From positions 167,918 through 231,917 of the forward strand of contig CAWHCF010000041.1 in the NCBI GenBank assembly GCA_963827655.1: DNA of 64,000 nt, given 5' to 3'. The position numbers were made by a program, and so were the translations under genes. Below, one piece after another: positions 31,995-43,411 of this stretch; the stretch's first letter is position 1; each line of letters starts with the position of its first letter. Source of the stretch: an uncultured Acidobacteriota bacterium. Its GTDB lineage: Bacteria > Acidobacteriota > UBA6911. Below the pieces are notes generated by a model that worked only from the letters and a program-made list of their open reading frames with translations, did not search any database and was not told the origin of the DNA.

Positions 31995-32471
31995 TTGGGT
32001 GACACCGTGAAACATCGCTTGAAGAGTGCCGTCGTTGCTGCGTCCTGGTCTCTGCTGGTTGCCATGGCCCAGGCCCCGCCGTCGGGGGCTGGTCTGGGAC
32101 GCGAAGAAGCAGGCGCAGCCAAGTTAGCAGGATACCTGGTCAAGGGAAAGCCTTGTCTTCCGCTGAAAAGGTTCGCGGCCGACGCGGGGTTCAAGACGAA
32201 TGTCAGCCCCAGTCGACAGGCTATTGCGGTTATTGTTGGAAGCAAGATTTCGATGGTCACCGCGAGCGGAACGGCATTAATAGACAGTAAGGAAGTACCA
32301 CTCTCGATGCAACCATTCCAGAGAGATGGCGATGTTTACATCCCATTGGAGTTTTACGAGAAAGTCTTTCCGCACACATTCACTTACGATCCCAAGAGCA
32401 AGACGGTAAAAGCAGAATTTCGGGGACGAACCCTTACGGCGCCTCTCTCAGATTTGCCCGCCAAGCCCTGA
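31995..32471 (+). CDS. Hypothetical secreted protein (possibly copper amine oxidase N-terminal/stalk-like domain)
   Basis: Signal peptide; DGDVYIPLEF resembles the stalk-domain motif. Confidence 0.55.
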   Translation: MGDTVKHRLKSAVVAASWSLLVAMAQAPPSGAGLGREEAGAAKLAGYLVKGKPCLPLKRFAADAGFKTNVSPSRQAIAVIVGSKISMVTASGTALIDSKEVPLSMQPFQRDGDVYIPLEFYEKVFPHTFTYDPKSKTVKAEFRGRTLTAPLSDLPAKP

Positions 32472-32495
32472 GCTTCGCCCCGGCTGGAGGAGTTT

Positions 32496-33887
32496 TTGAA
32501 AACTCTCATTCGCAAGGGCAAGATCGTGACTGCCCAGGATAGCTATCAAGCAGACATCCTGATTGAGAACGAACTGATCACGGTCATCGGACGAGATCTG
32601 AACATTGCCTCTGACGCCATCATTGATGCTTCCGGTCTGCTGGTTCTTCCCGGGGGGGTGGACGTCCACACTCACATGGATATGCCTTTCGGCGGAACCA
32701 CAAGTTCGGACGACTTCGAAACCGGAACCCGCGCCGCCGCTTTTGGCGGAACCACCACGCTGATCGATTTTGCCATTCAGTTCAGGGGGCAGAATATGCG
32801 TTCTGCCCTCGACACGTGGTTTGCCAAGGCAGATGGCCGCGCCGCGATCGATTACAGCTTCCACATGATCGTGACCGATCTTCCGGAGGCCGGGATCGAA
32901 GATATGCAGTCGCTCATACGCGACGGGGTGACGAGCTTCAAGCTCTTCATGGCCTATCCCGGGCTCCTCATGGTCGACGACGCGACTATATTCAAGGCCA
33001 TGAGAACGGCAGGACGGACCGGAGCCCTGATCTGCATGCACGCTGAAAACGGCAGCGTCATCGATTTGATAGTGAAAGAAGCGCTGGCCCAGGGAAAAAC
33101 AGCTCCGAAATACCACGCGTTGACTCGTCCGACCACCGCCGAGGCCGAAGCTACGGGACGGGCGATCGCCCTGGCCGAGATGGCCGACGCCCCGGTGTAT
33201 ATCGTTCATCTCAGCTCGGCCGATGCGCTCGAAAAAATACGGGAGGCGCGCGATCGTGGCCTTCCTGCCTATGCCGAAACTTGTCCTCAGTATCTGTTCC
33301 TGTCCATTGACGACTACGATCGTCCCGGCTTCGAAGCGGCCAAGTACGTCTTCACGCCGCCGCTTCGGGAAAAATGGCACCAGGCTGAGCTCTGGAAGGG
33401 GCTGGCAAAGGATCATCTCCAGGTGATCTCCACCGACCACTGCCCATTCTGTTACAAGGAACAGAAGGAATTGGGAAAAGCGGACTTCACCAAGATCCCC
33501 AACGGCGGCCCGGGCGTGGAGAACCGGTTGTCGCTGGTCTATGACGGGGGAGTCCGAAGCGGAAAGATCACATTGAACCGGTTTGTCGAGCTGGTTTCGA
33601 CGGCGCCGGCCCGAATGTTCGGACTGTATCCACGCAAGGGAACCATCGCGGTCGGCAGCGATGCGGACCTGGTTCTGTTCGATCCCGAAGCGGAAATGAC
33701 GATTTCGGCCGCCACGCACCATATGCGCGTCGATTACAGCCTGTACGAAGGTTGGAAGGTAAAGGGGGTTGCGAAAAAAGTGTTTTCGAGAGGCAACCTG
33801 ATCGTGGACGGCGACCGGTTTCTGGGACGACCCGGGGCGGTAGCTTCGTGCGCCGGGCCGCCTACTCCGGACTATGAAGGTGTCTGA
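32496..33887 (+). CDS. hydA: Dihydropyrimidinase (D-hydantoinase); probable indel near the C-terminus
   Basis: PGGVDVHTH, AAFGGTT, SFKLFMAY, MHAENG, YIVHLS, STDHCPF, KIPNG. Confidence 0.93.
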   Translation: MKTLIRKGKIVTAQDSYQADILIENELITVIGRDLNIASDAIIDASGLLVLPGGVDVHTHMDMPFGGTTSSDDFETGTRAAAFGGTTTLIDFAIQFRGQNMRSALDTWFAKADGRAAIDYSFHMIVTDLPEAGIEDMQSLIRDGVTSFKLFMAYPGLLMVDDATIFKAMRTAGRTGALICMHAENGSVIDLIVKEALAQGKTAPKYHALTRPTTAEAEATGRAIALAEMADAPVYIVHLSSADALEKIREARDRGLPAYAETCPQYLFLSIDDYDRPGFEAAKYVFTPPLREKWHQAELWKGLAKDHLQVISTDHCPFCYKEQKELGKADFTKIPNGGPGVENRLSLVYDGGVRSGKITLNRFVELVSTAPARMFGLYPRKGTIAVGSDADLVLFDPEAEMTISAATHHMRVDYSLYEGWKVKGVAKKVFSRGNLIVDGDRFLGRPGAVASCAGPPTPDYEGV

Positions 33888-34053
33888 AAACTCGCTATCC
33901 TGCAACCGGGGCGATGTCGCGGCTGGCGGAGTCCGTGCATCAACCCTCGGACATCTGCGGCAGATGAGCGCTGGCGGCGCATCCAGACCGTGAGATGATG
34001 AAGCTGGTTGAGTAGATGGGTAAGAGGCGGAAGGTTCACAAAGGAGTCCATCC

Positions 34054-35379
34054 ATGAAACGGAGAGAGTTTCTTGCTACGGCGGCTCTCGCCGCAGCCGG
34101 TCACCGTGGCGGCGCGGCCGTCCACAGCGCTGACCAGAGTCAGCCGGTGCGGCAGACGCCGCTGCGGGCCCGGCGGTTCGGCCCGCTCTACTACGATGAG
34201 GCGGAGCAGAAGGAGGTCGCTGACGTGCTCGCGTCGCGCCAGCCCTACCGCTGGTACGGCGACGGCAGGGAGGCGCCGGCGAAGGTCCTCACCTTCGAGC
34301 GGGAGTTCGCAGCCCGCATGCAGACACGCTACGCCCTGGCCGTCACATCCGGCTCCGCGGCTCTCACGACGGCCCTGGCAGCGCTCGGAATCGGTCCGGG
34401 CGACGAAGTCATCCTGCCGGCCTGGACCTGGTACTCCTGCTACAACGCCGTGATCCACTGTGGCGCCCTCCCGGTGTTCGCCGAAATCGACGACTCGTTC
34501 AACGTCGATCCGAAGGACCTCGAGGCGAAGATAACCCGAGCGACAAAGGTCATCATGGCAGTCCACCTTCTGGGGGTTCCCTGTGACATGGATCCCATCC
34601 TTGCGCTGGCGCGAGGGCGCGGCGTAAAGGTGCTCGAGGACTGCGCACAAGCCGTCGGCGGAAGCTATAAGGGCCGGCCGCTGGGCTCGCTCGGCGACAT
34701 CAACATCTACAGCCTGCAGATCGCCAAGACTATTTCGGCTGGCGAAGGGGGTGCCGTTGTGACAAACGATCCGGCGCTCTTCGAACGCGCCGCACGGTAC
34801 CACGACCTGGGAATCCTGCGACCGCCCCACCAGAAAATATTAGGCGGCGCGCGCGACGGCATGCTGCCTGGGAATCAGTATCGCATGAGCGAGTTCACCG
34901 GCGGCGTGCTGCTCGCGCAGCTGCGGAAGTTGGACCGTATCGTCGCCGACGTACGCGCCGTGGCCCGGCGCATCCATGAGGGAATCCACGACCTGGCTGG
35001 GATGGAGCTCCGTCGCATCCCGGATCCCGAGGGCGATCTTGGCTCGTCGGTCTTCCTCAAGTTCCGCAACAAAGACGAGCGGGACCGTTTCGTCCGCGCG
35101 ATGGACCAGGAGAACATACCGGCAGGTCCGCCAGGCGGCTCCGTGGTGCTGCCGATCCAGCCCCACATCGAGCGAAAGGTCACGGTACATCCGGCGTGGC
35201 CGTCCTTCGCCTCCGAGCGGGGCCGCTCAATCCGTTACGGCGCCGATTGCTGCCCGCGCACGAGCGAGATCCTCGACCGCTTCGCCGGCGTGTCTCTCGA
35301 TCCGAAGTTCACGCGCCGCGACGCCGATGACATCGTGGCGGCGATCCGGAAGGTGTATCCGGCGGTGACCCGAACCTGA
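34054..35379 (+). CDS. DegT/DnrJ/EryC1/StrS PLP-dependent aminotransferase with Tat-like N-terminus
   Basis: MKRREFLATAALAAAG; GPGDEVI, EDCAQA, YSLQIAKTISAGEGG. Confidence 0.9.
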   Translation: MKRREFLATAALAAAGHRGGAAVHSADQSQPVRQTPLRARRFGPLYYDEAEQKEVADVLASRQPYRWYGDGREAPAKVLTFEREFAARMQTRYALAVTSGSAALTTALAALGIGPGDEVILPAWTWYSCYNAVIHCGALPVFAEIDDSFNVDPKDLEAKITRATKVIMAVHLLGVPCDMDPILALARGRGVKVLEDCAQAVGGSYKGRPLGSLGDINIYSLQIAKTISAGEGGAVVTNDPALFERAARYHDLGILRPPHQKILGGARDGMLPGNQYRMSEFTGGVLLAQLRKLDRIVADVRAVARRIHEGIHDLAGMELRRIPDPEGDLGSSVFLKFRNKDERDRFVRAMDQENIPAGPPGGSVVLPIQPHIERKVTVHPAWPSFASERGRSIRYGADCCPRTSEILDRFAGVSLDPKFTRRDADDIVAAIRKVYPAVTRT

Positions 35380-35464
35380 CCGGCGGTCCCTGAGTCGACG
35401 GATATCAGACCCGTCGCAACTATCGTCGATCGGGACGGATTTGGCACTTAAAGAGTTCTTTTCC

Positions 35465-35602
35465 TGTCAGTCGTAGTCATTCTGTCATTTGTCATTTCAT
35501 GAGGGCCACAAGGCCCGCGGTAGTTTGGAGCGTCTAGACCCGGCACCGCAGCACGCCACTAATACAAATGACAGTTAAACAGATGACGAATGAGAACTGA
35601 CC
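35465..35602. repeat. Inverted pair of degenerate TGTCATT/AATGACA heptamer arrays
   Basis: GTCATTCTGTCATTTGTCATT at about 35476-35496 and AAATGACAG...GATGACGAATGAGAA at about 35566-35596. Confidence 0.55.
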
Positions 35603-35809
35603 GACGAGAGCTTATAGTGCCGCCACGGGGGCCGGGGACGGGCTTGATAGACCCGTCCGCACATGTCATTGGCGGGTTTTGAGACAATCATCTTACGGAC
35701 CGGCACTCCGATTGTGCCGCACCTTCGGCGCTCATGGTTGTCCCGAGCGTAACGATCGTCGGCAACATGCACACCAGGCGGGGGCCGCCTCGATGACTCC
35801 GACAGTCGT

Positions 35810-37123
35810 ATGACAAGCAGCGCCGAGCAAGAGCTTCTGGCGGTCGCCGGGCGCGAAGTGGCGATCTCGAATCCGCGCAAGGTTCTGTTTCCCGAGCCGG
35901 GCTACACGAAGCTGGACCTCGCGCGCTACTACCTTGCTGTGGCAGAAGGTGCGCTGCGCGCCGCGGGCGGACGGCCCAATGTACTGGTTCGTTATCCCAA
36001 CGGCATCGAAGGCGAATTCTTCTATCAGAAACGCGCGCCCCAATCGCGACCCGCGTGGCTCGAAGTGGTCGCGTTGCGCTTTCCTTCCGGCCGCAGCGCC
36101 GAAGAAGTGGTGCCGCGCGATGCCGCCGCACTTGCGTGGATGGCCAATCTCGCCTGTCTCGAGCTTCACTCGCACCCGGTGCGGGCGGAAGATCTCGACC
36201 ACCCGGACGAGCTGCGCATAGATCTTGATCCGGTGCCCGGGGTCACGTGGAGTCAGCTCCGCGACGTCGCGCGCGTGGTTCGCGCGGCCCTGGACGACTT
36301 CGGGCTCGTCGGCTGGCCGAAGACCTCCGGCTCGCGCGGCATCCACGTTTACGTGCGCATCGAGCGGCACTGGACCTTTGATGAGGTTCGCCGGGCCGCG
36401 CTCGCGCTGGCGCGCGACGTCGAACGGCGCGCGCCGGATCTGGCGACCAGCAAGTGGTGGAAAGAAGAGCGCCACGGAGTGTTCCTCGACTACAACCAGA
36501 ACGCGAAGGACCGCACGATCGCGAATGCATACTCTGTGCGGCCCACGCCTGACGCGCGCGTGTCGGCTCCACTGACATGGGACGAGCTCGACTCCTGTGA
36601 GCCCGGAGACTTTACCCTCGGCACGATGCCTGCGCGCTTCGCCGAGATCGGCGACCGGCATGCGGCAATGGACCTGCATCCGGGCTCGCTCACGGGCCTG
36701 CTCGAGTTGTCGGCGCGTCATGAACGCGATGGCCTGGGCGATGCACCCTGGCCGCCTCACTACCAGAAACAACCCGGTGAACCCGCGCGCGTGCAACCGT
36801 CGCGGCGGCGAATACCGAAGCATCCGCTCATCGAAATCGGGCGCGCCCAGCGGAAAGAGGATGCGCTCGCCGGACTCGAGCGATGGAAGACGCGTCATCA
36901 GGAGGCTGCCGCTCACCTGACGGCGCCGGACGTGCTCGTCGATTCCATGCGCGGCCGATACAAAACGTGGACCCGCATCCGCGTTAACCTGCAGCACGTT
37001 CCGGATGCGTTACGACCCGCGCAAGAAGCGCTCGATCCGGATGACGCTCCCGGGGATTGGACTGGAATCAGCGCTGACGCCCCACCGCGCCGAAAACCTT
37101 CTCGAGCTCGTAAGCCGTCGTGA
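35810..37123 (+). CDS. Stand-alone LigD-type primase-polymerase (Prim-PolC-like) with C-terminal extension
   Basis: TKLDLARYY, RYPNG---FFYQKRAP, DLDP, KTSGSRGIH, FLDYNQN, YSVRP, VSAPLTW. Confidence 0.9.
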   Translation: MTSSAEQELLAVAGREVAISNPRKVLFPEPGYTKLDLARYYLAVAEGALRAAGGRPNVLVRYPNGIEGEFFYQKRAPQSRPAWLEVVALRFPSGRSAEEVVPRDAAALAWMANLACLELHSHPVRAEDLDHPDELRIDLDPVPGVTWSQLRDVARVVRAALDDFGLVGWPKTSGSRGIHVYVRIERHWTFDEVRRAALALARDVERRAPDLATSKWWKEERHGVFLDYNQNAKDRTIANAYSVRPTPDARVSAPLTWDELDSCEPGDFTLGTMPARFAEIGDRHAAMDLHPGSLTGLLELSARHERDGLGDAPWPPHYQKQPGEPARVQPSRRRIPKHPLIEIGRAQRKEDALAGLERWKTRHQEAAAHLTAPDVLVDSMRGRYKTWTRIRVNLQHVPDALRPAQEALDPDDAPGDWTGISADAPPRRKPSRARKPS

Positions 37124-38177
37124 CCTCGAGCTGGTCATAGCGGCAGTCGCCCGGACTCTTGTCCGGGCGCCAGCGGAGAAAGATAGCCGCGTGGCGAAAG
37201 CGCGGCCCCTGCATGTGGTCGTACTTGACCTCGCACACTCGCTCGATGCGCAGTGGTTCCCAGGAGAGATCCTTGCCGGCGCTCCAACGACTCTGGCCCC
37301 CGGGCATGCGATGATTTTCCATCCCCTCGGCATCGGCCCATGCGCGCCACGGGTGCGCGTCGATGGCATGTTCGCGGAGAGGCGCAAGTTCCTGCGCCAG
37401 CTGCTTGCGTGTCGCCATTGTGAACGACGATGTGACGCCGACGTGTTGCAGAGCCCCCTGGTGGTCGTACAGCCCGAGCAGCAACGAGCCCACGAATACG
37501 TGCTTTCCGTTCTTATGCCAGCGAAAGCCGGCGACGACGCAGTCGGCCGTGCGGGAGTGTTTGACCTTGATCATGGCGCGCTTGCCCGGCTCATACGTCC
37601 CGAGCTCCGGCTTTGCGATCACTCCATCGAGACCGGCTCCCTCGAAGCGCGTGAGCCAGTCTGACGCCAGCGCGGCATCGCGCGTCATGGGGGTAAGGTG
37701 GATCGGCGCTCCGATATCGGCCAGCGCCTGTTCCAGCAAGGCTCGGCGTTCGCCCTGCGGCGTGGCGCGCAGGTCACGGCCGCCGATGGCAATCAAATCG
37801 AATGCCACGAAGGACGCGGGCGTCGCTTGCGCCAGCTTGGCCACGCGCGAGGCGGCTGGATGAAGCCGAAGCTGGAGCGCGTCGAAATCGAGTCCGTGGG
37901 GGGTAGCGATCACGATCTCGCCGTCGACGACACAACCCTGCGGCAGATTAGCCAGAAAGGCCGCATTCAGCTCGGGGAAGTAGCGATCGAGCGGCCGCAG
38001 CTCCCGGCTCTGGATGAATACGTCGGATTCGCCGCGAAATACGATCGCGCGAAATCCATCCCACTTCGGCTCGTACAGGAAGGCTCCACTAACGGGGAGT
38101 TGCTCGGCGAGCTTCGCGAGCATCGGCTCGATCGGGGGCGCGATTGCGAAGTTCGAGGGCGGTTTGCGGGACGCCAT
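37068..38177 (-). CDS. ligC: ATP-dependent DNA ligase (LigC-like)
   Basis: YEPKWDGFR adenylation motif, DGEI, AFDL, DGVIAK, LLLGLYD, RWRPDK. Confidence 0.9.
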   Translation of the reverse strand: MASRKPPSNFAIAPPIEPMLAKLAEQLPVSGAFLYEPKWDGFRAIVFRGESDVFIQSRELRPLDRYFPELNAAFLANLPQGCVVDGEIVIATPHGLDFDALQLRLHPAASRVAKLAQATPASFVAFDLIAIGGRDLRATPQGERRALLEQALADIGAPIHLTPMTRDAALASDWLTRFEGAGLDGVIAKPELGTYEPGKRAMIKVKHSRTADCVVAGFRWHKNGKHVFVGSLLLGLYDHQGALQHVGVTSSFTMATRKQLAQELAPLREHAIDAHPWRAWADAEGMENHRMPGGQSRWSAGKDLSWEPLRIERVCEVKYDHMQGPRFRHAAIFLRWRPDKSPGDCRYDQLEVTTAYELEKVFGAVGRQR

Positions 38178-38212
38178 AGGTCGGATTGCAATTCCTCGTG
38201 TCTTCGCTCCCC

Positions 38213-39493
38213 TTAGAGGTATTTGTTCACTCGTAAATCGTCAATCGCCTCTGGCAGGAGGATGCGCATCTTGTGCAGGCGCTTGCGATCAGCGTCGAGG
38301 ATCTGGACGTGCAGGTCCTCGAGGTCGAATTCCTCGCCCGGAACCGGAACACGCCCGAGGTGCGCCACGATGAGGCCGGAAACGGTAGAGCAGTCCGTGT
38401 CATCGAATTTCTTGCCTGAAAGCTCTTCAAGGCGATAGAGCTCGACGCTGCCACGAAGAATGTAACTGCGTGGACTCTCCTCCACTACCTCGCTCACATG
38501 GGCCTGATCTTCATCACGGATTTCACCGACTATTTCCTCCAGCAGATCTTCCATCGTGACCAGGCCCGCGACTCCTCCGAATTCATCGATGACGATCGCG
38601 GAGTGATCGCCGCGCGCCTGAAGCTCCTTCAGGAGGGTGGAGACAGGTTTCGTCTCGGGAACGAACAGCGCCGGATAAACCAGGGTTCCAATCGGGTCGG
38701 ATTCCCTTCCCTGAATGAAATGCGCCAGCAGTTGCCGGATGTGCGCGATCCCGATAATGTGGTCGAGATCATCCTGATAAATGGGAATGCGGGAGTGGCG
38801 ATGATTCACCATGATATTCTTTAACTCCCCGATCGTGGCATTCTCCTCACACCCGATAATCTCCGTGCGCGGAGTCATTACCTCTCGCACCAGTGTATCG
38901 CCGAACTCGACGACAGACTGGATCAGCTTGGTGTCCTCCTTCTCGAGTATGCCTTCGTCCTCGCCGATATCCAGATAAGCCTGAATCTCTTCCTCGGCTT
39001 TTTCTTCACTGGCGGGCCCTGTTACCGGCTTCGGCACTCGCTTGAACACCCTCAGGACACTGGAGAGCGGCAGGGCGAGCGAGCGCAACATCCGGTAAAT
39101 CGGATAGAAAACACCAAGCAACCATACCAGTTTCCTTTCCGGATCGTTCTGCGTAAGAAGGCGCGGGAATAGCTGTCGGAACAGCAGGGACAGAACGAAG
39201 ATGATCAGGAAGGCAAATCCGAGTCCCCATTCGGACCAATGGCTCAAGCTGAGGTGAGTGGTCAAAATAGCTATTGTTATGAGCGAAACCTGCGTACCCA
39301 GGTGCAGTGGAACGAGAAGGTGCATCTTGTTGTCAAGCACGACCGGCAGGAGCGCCGGCGGCTTCTCGCGTTCCAGCATCATTCTCAATGCAAGCGGGCT
39401 GGACTGGGTGATGGCCCCTTCGATCGAAGAGAGAAAAACCAGAAAGGCCAGGCAGAAGGCTATCGCAGCGAGCTCCAGAGAGACAGGCGTCAT
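38213..39493 (-). CDS. Hemolysin/CorC-HlyC family protein (CNNM-CBS-CorC)
   Basis: N-terminal TMs; VREVMTPR, HSRIP, VIDEFGGVAGLVTMEDLLEEIVGEI. Confidence 0.92.
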   Translation of the reverse strand: MTPVSLELAAIAFCLAFLVFLSSIEGAITQSSPLALRMMLEREKPPALLPVVLDNKMHLLVPLHLGTQVSLITIAILTTHLSLSHWSEWGLGFAFLIIFVLSLLFRQLFPRLLTQNDPERKLVWLLGVFYPIYRMLRSLALPLSSVLRVFKRVPKPVTGPASEEKAEEEIQAYLDIGEDEGILEKEDTKLIQSVVEFGDTLVREVMTPRTEIIGCEENATIGELKNIMVNHRHSRIPIYQDDLDHIIGIAHIRQLLAHFIQGRESDPIGTLVYPALFVPETKPVSTLLKELQARGDHSAIVIDEFGGVAGLVTMEDLLEEIVGEIRDEDQAHVSEVVEESPRSYILRGSVELYRLEELSGKKFDDTDCSTVSGLIVAHLGRVPVPGEEFDLEDLHVQILDADRKRLHKMRILLPEAIDDLRVNKYL

Positions 39494-39946
39494 GATGGAT
39501 TCCTCAGGCTTGCAACTGGAGCGGAGTCGCGGAATACCGGGCTGCGGATTATTCTCGACTGAAGGCGGTTCATCTCGCCCTGGTCGGTCTCATGATCGTA
39601 GCCGACGAGATGCAGGATTCCGTGCACGAGCAGCTTGCGAACCTCTTGCTCCCCGCCCCCGGAAGAGTTGCGGGCGCGCGCCCAGGCAACCCCCGGCGCA
39701 ACAACAATCTCTCCCAAGAACGGGATGCCGTCGACGGTCTCACCCGGGTAGTGGAAACTCAAGACATCGGTAGGATAGTCCCTGCCGCGATAAGTCGTGG
39801 TTTATCGCCTGCATTGCCTTCGGGCCCACGAAAGTTACCGATAGAGCCCAATCCGTCTTGCCGAGCTTCTGCAGAAGTCCGGAACAAAACGATTCAACGG
39901 ATCTGCCGTATACCTTAAACCGCCTTTGCCGGTCTTGAACGTACAC
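39490..39946 (-). CDS. ybeY: rRNA maturation endoribonuclease YbeY, frameshifted near 39765-39790
   Basis: LLVHGILHLVGYDH zinc motif; upstream frame has LSVTFV-----M-AIN. Confidence 0.85.
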
Positions 39947-42256
39947 TCTCGACGGAAGCTCTTTCGGGCTCGCTGTCGACATTCTTGAAGTCATATCCGG
40001 GATAATCGATGCGGCGATGGTAGATGCCGGTGAGAATCTTGAAAAAGCTCTCCTTTACAAGACGTATATCGCGCAGCGTGATGTCGCACTCGTCGAACTG
40101 GTTGTCCGCGACAATGGCATCGACGACTCGGTTAATCATGCCCTGGACCTGGGCGGGAGGCGGATTGGACAGAGTCCGGGAAGCTGCTTCTACAGAATCG
40201 GACATCATCATGATGGCCGCTTCTTTGGTCTGGGGCTTCGGGCCAGGATAGCGAAAATCCGCCTCGATCACTTCCTGATTCTTGGAGGCTTCCTTCGCCT
40301 TCTGGTAAAAGTAGGTCATGATCCGCGTCCCGTGATGCTGCGGAATCATGTCGCGGATTCTTTGAGACAGGCCTATTTCTTTTGCCAGCTCCAGCCCATC
40401 CTTCACATGGCTTGCAATGATCAGGCAGCTCATGCTTGGGCGAGAGGGTTTCGTGCTTGTTGATACCGAAAACCTGGTTTTCGACGAAATACTCCGGCTT
40501 GAGCATTTTCCCCAAGTCGTGATAGTAGGCGGCGACGCGCACCAGCAGCGGATTGGCCCCTGTCGCTTCGGCCGCGGCTTCCGCGAGAGTCCCGACCATG
40601 AGACTGTGATGGTACGTCCCGGGCGCCTCCACTGAAAGACGCCGGAGGATCGGCGCGTTCAGGTTTGAAAGCTCCAGCAATCGGATATCCGTCGTGATCT
40701 TGAATAGTGATTCCAGGGCCGGAAGCAGCATGGATGCCAGGGCCGAAGCCAGCAGACCGCTGAGCAAGGCAATCGATATTTTGAAGAAGGCCGTCGACGA
40801 TGTCAGAGGAGCCTGGCGCAGGAAGCCGATTCCCAGCAGACCCAGCGCGTTTACAATCCCGATCGTCAGACCCGCCTTGAGCACGGCCGCTCGTTCCTTG
40901 TATTGCCGGATACTGTAGATTCCGGCCAGGCCTCCCACCATTACGTAGGTGCCCAGGTAAATGTCGCCGTAAAACAGCCCGGTGAGAATACTCAGCGCGA
41001 TCGAGACCAGGAACCCGACATTCGTGTCGACCAGCAAGGTCACGAGCACCGCAGCAAAGGCGAACGGGATCGCGTAGTAGAGATTCAAAGGATCCCGGAA
41101 TGCCTCCACACCCAAACGTCCGCTCAGGAGGTCAGCCAGCGCTAGTCATCAAGCGCGTCACGCCGAGCGCGGTGACCAGGATTACCAGGATAAGGAGAAC
41201 ATGGTTGCGGATCTTCCGATGACGGCTCTGATAGTGAACAAAGTAGCGCCAGAGAGCATAAACGAACGTCACGACGAAAAAGAAAAAGCCAAACAATTGT
41301 TTGATAAGCGACCTGGGCCTTTGGAGATTCTTCAGTGCAGTCAATTGCGAGACCGTGTTTGGAGTGATCTCGTCGCCGGTTCGAAATATGGTCTTTCCCT
41401 TCCTTATCTCCATCTCAACCGGGACCACCTGAGCAACCGCGGTTTCCCGCCGTTTCTTTGTCTCCTGCTCGTTGAACACCAGGTTGGGGACAAGCAGAGT
41501 CTCCAGAAAATCAAGTACGGTGTCGCGTTCGCGAACCGACAAACCTGAAAAGTCCTGACGAAACTGGCGCAGATAGTCCCTGGCCGCGACCAGATCACGC
41601 GCGATGTAGGCTTCTGTAAGCGGCTGTTCGACAGAGGTTGAAGTTTCACGTACCACCACCCCGGTCCTCTGATCGCTGAGGAATTGAGCTCGATTGGCCA
41701 CCACTCCTGTCCGTAGCACCGTATCCAGGACCTTGATCATCTGGCCTTCCAGGTCGGGATTGAACCGGTGTTTCAACAAAACGCGGATAGGATCCGGCGG
41801 GAAAATCTGACCTACTTCTTGCTGAAGATCTTTGAGGATTTCGCGCTCGAGAGAACTATCAATGCCACCTTTTGGAGGAACCTTTTTCCTTTCCAAGAGC
41901 CGCCGGGCGGTGTCGAAAGCCTTGGAGAGCTCGCTCTGACGGCGCTGCATGAGACTCGTATCGAGATCGTAGCGCGCCGCCGTGCCAATCCTGGCGGCCC
42001 GACGTTTCGACTCAGTCGCTGCACGATCTTCGAACGTTACGTCCTGGATGGCCCGCAGATCCTGCTGGGCTATGTCGCCGATTTTGTAGTCCGGGACGGC
42101 CTGATACCGAAAGTCGAGGAGAAGCGCTGATATCAGGAATGCCGCTCCGCCACCGACGAAGAGATCCAGCCACCGCACTTCACTGCGGAGATTCTCCAGC
42201 AGCCGCATGAACCAGCCCTGCTTAGAGCGATCCCGGATTCTGGGTATACTCGCCAT
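39915..42256 (-). CDS. 7TM-HDIG phosphohydrolase (PgpH/YqfF-like), frameshifts near 41130 and 40440
   Basis: LLELSNLN, APGTYHHS, YYHDLGK--KPEYFVENQ, HVKDG, QHHGT, FRYPGPKPQTKEAAI---DSVEAASR. Confidence 0.9.
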
Positions 42257-42421
42257 CGAATTCCTTCTATGAGTCGGAAAGTATAGCACAGAACCGGGAT
42301 TTGAGGACCCGGGCGGGGCAACACTAGCGGACGATCCCTTGTCTTATTAATAGTTTAGCGCTTGATTCCGCTATCAACTATTAATCACGAAGCCCCGACG
42401 ACACGGGGTTGAGCTCTCCGG

Positions 42422-43402
42422 TCATTGCGCCTTGAGTTTCCGGACTTCCTGGGCAAGGGCGGGCACTATGGTAAAGAGGTCGCCGACAATGCCGTAGTCG
42501 GCAAGCTTGAAAATAGGAGCCTCGGGATCTTTGTTAATCGCGACAATATACTTGGAGGAAGACATACCTGCCAGGTGCTGGATGGCCCCGCTGATGCCAC
42601 AGGCAACGTATAGCGTGGGAGAAACTGTCTTCCCCGTCTGTCCGACCTGGTGCTGATGATCGATCCAGCCCGCATCGACAGCGGCCCTTGACGCTCCCAT
42701 GGCCCCGCCCAGAGCGTCCGCCAGATCCTGGACAATTGCGAAGTTCTCGGGCCCTTTGAGACCTCTCCCGCCGGACACGATGATATTCGCCTCGGTGAGC
42801 TCCACCTTTTGCCCCCCTGAAGCCTGCATTCCCGTGGCCCGGGCGCGAATTTTACCGGGAGAAAGATCCGGAGCGAAGTCTTCCGGCTCGGCGCGGCGCG
42901 AGGTCTCGGGTGCGCCCAGCGAAAACACATTGGGCCGGAGGGTCGCCATCGACGGGACCCGCGTCAGGCGCACACGGGCGAAGGCCTTGCCCGCATAGAT
43001 CGGCCGCACGCACTCCAGCTGCTGATCGACGATTCGGGCTTCGGTGCAATCCTGGGCGAGACCGACACGCAGACGCGCGGCGACGCGTGGGAGGAGATCC
43101 CGTCCCATTGCGCTCGCCGACCCGAGGATAATGCGAGGTTGAATCCTCTCGGCGGCCTGCGCGATTGTGGATGCATAGCCTTCGGTGGAGTAAGCATCGA
43201 GAAGATCATGCCGCGCCCGCAGCACTTTATCTGCGCCAAAGTGCGCCAGCTGCTCCAAAGGACCGTCCGCTCCTATGCAGACGGCCGTAGTCTGTTCTTG
43301 AATCGAATCGGCTAGTTTCCGGCCGGCTGAGAGTGCTTCCAGTGAAGTCTTCTTGACCGCCCCCTGGCGGGCTTCGATGAAAACCATCACTCCGTTAGCC
43401 AT
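42422..43402 (-). CDS. etfA: Electron transfer flavoprotein alpha subunit
   Basis: [40 protein letters not shown]. Confidence 0.96.
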   Translation of the reverse strand: MANGVMVFIEARQGAVKKTSLEALSAGRKLADSIQEQTTAVCIGADGPLEQLAHFGADKVLRARHDLLDAYSTEGYASTIAQAAERIQPRIILGSASAMGRDLLPRVAARLRVGLAQDCTEARIVDQQLECVRPIYAGKAFARVRLTRVPSMATLRPNVFSLGAPETSRRAEPEDFAPDLSPGKIRARATGMQASGGQKVELTEANIIVSGGRGLKGPENFAIVQDLADALGGAMGASRAAVDAGWIDHQHQVGQTGKTVSPTLYVACGISGAIQHLAGMSSSKYIVAINKDPEAPIFKLADYGIVGDLFTIVPALAQEVRKLKAQ

Positions 43403-43411
43403 TAGCACCCT

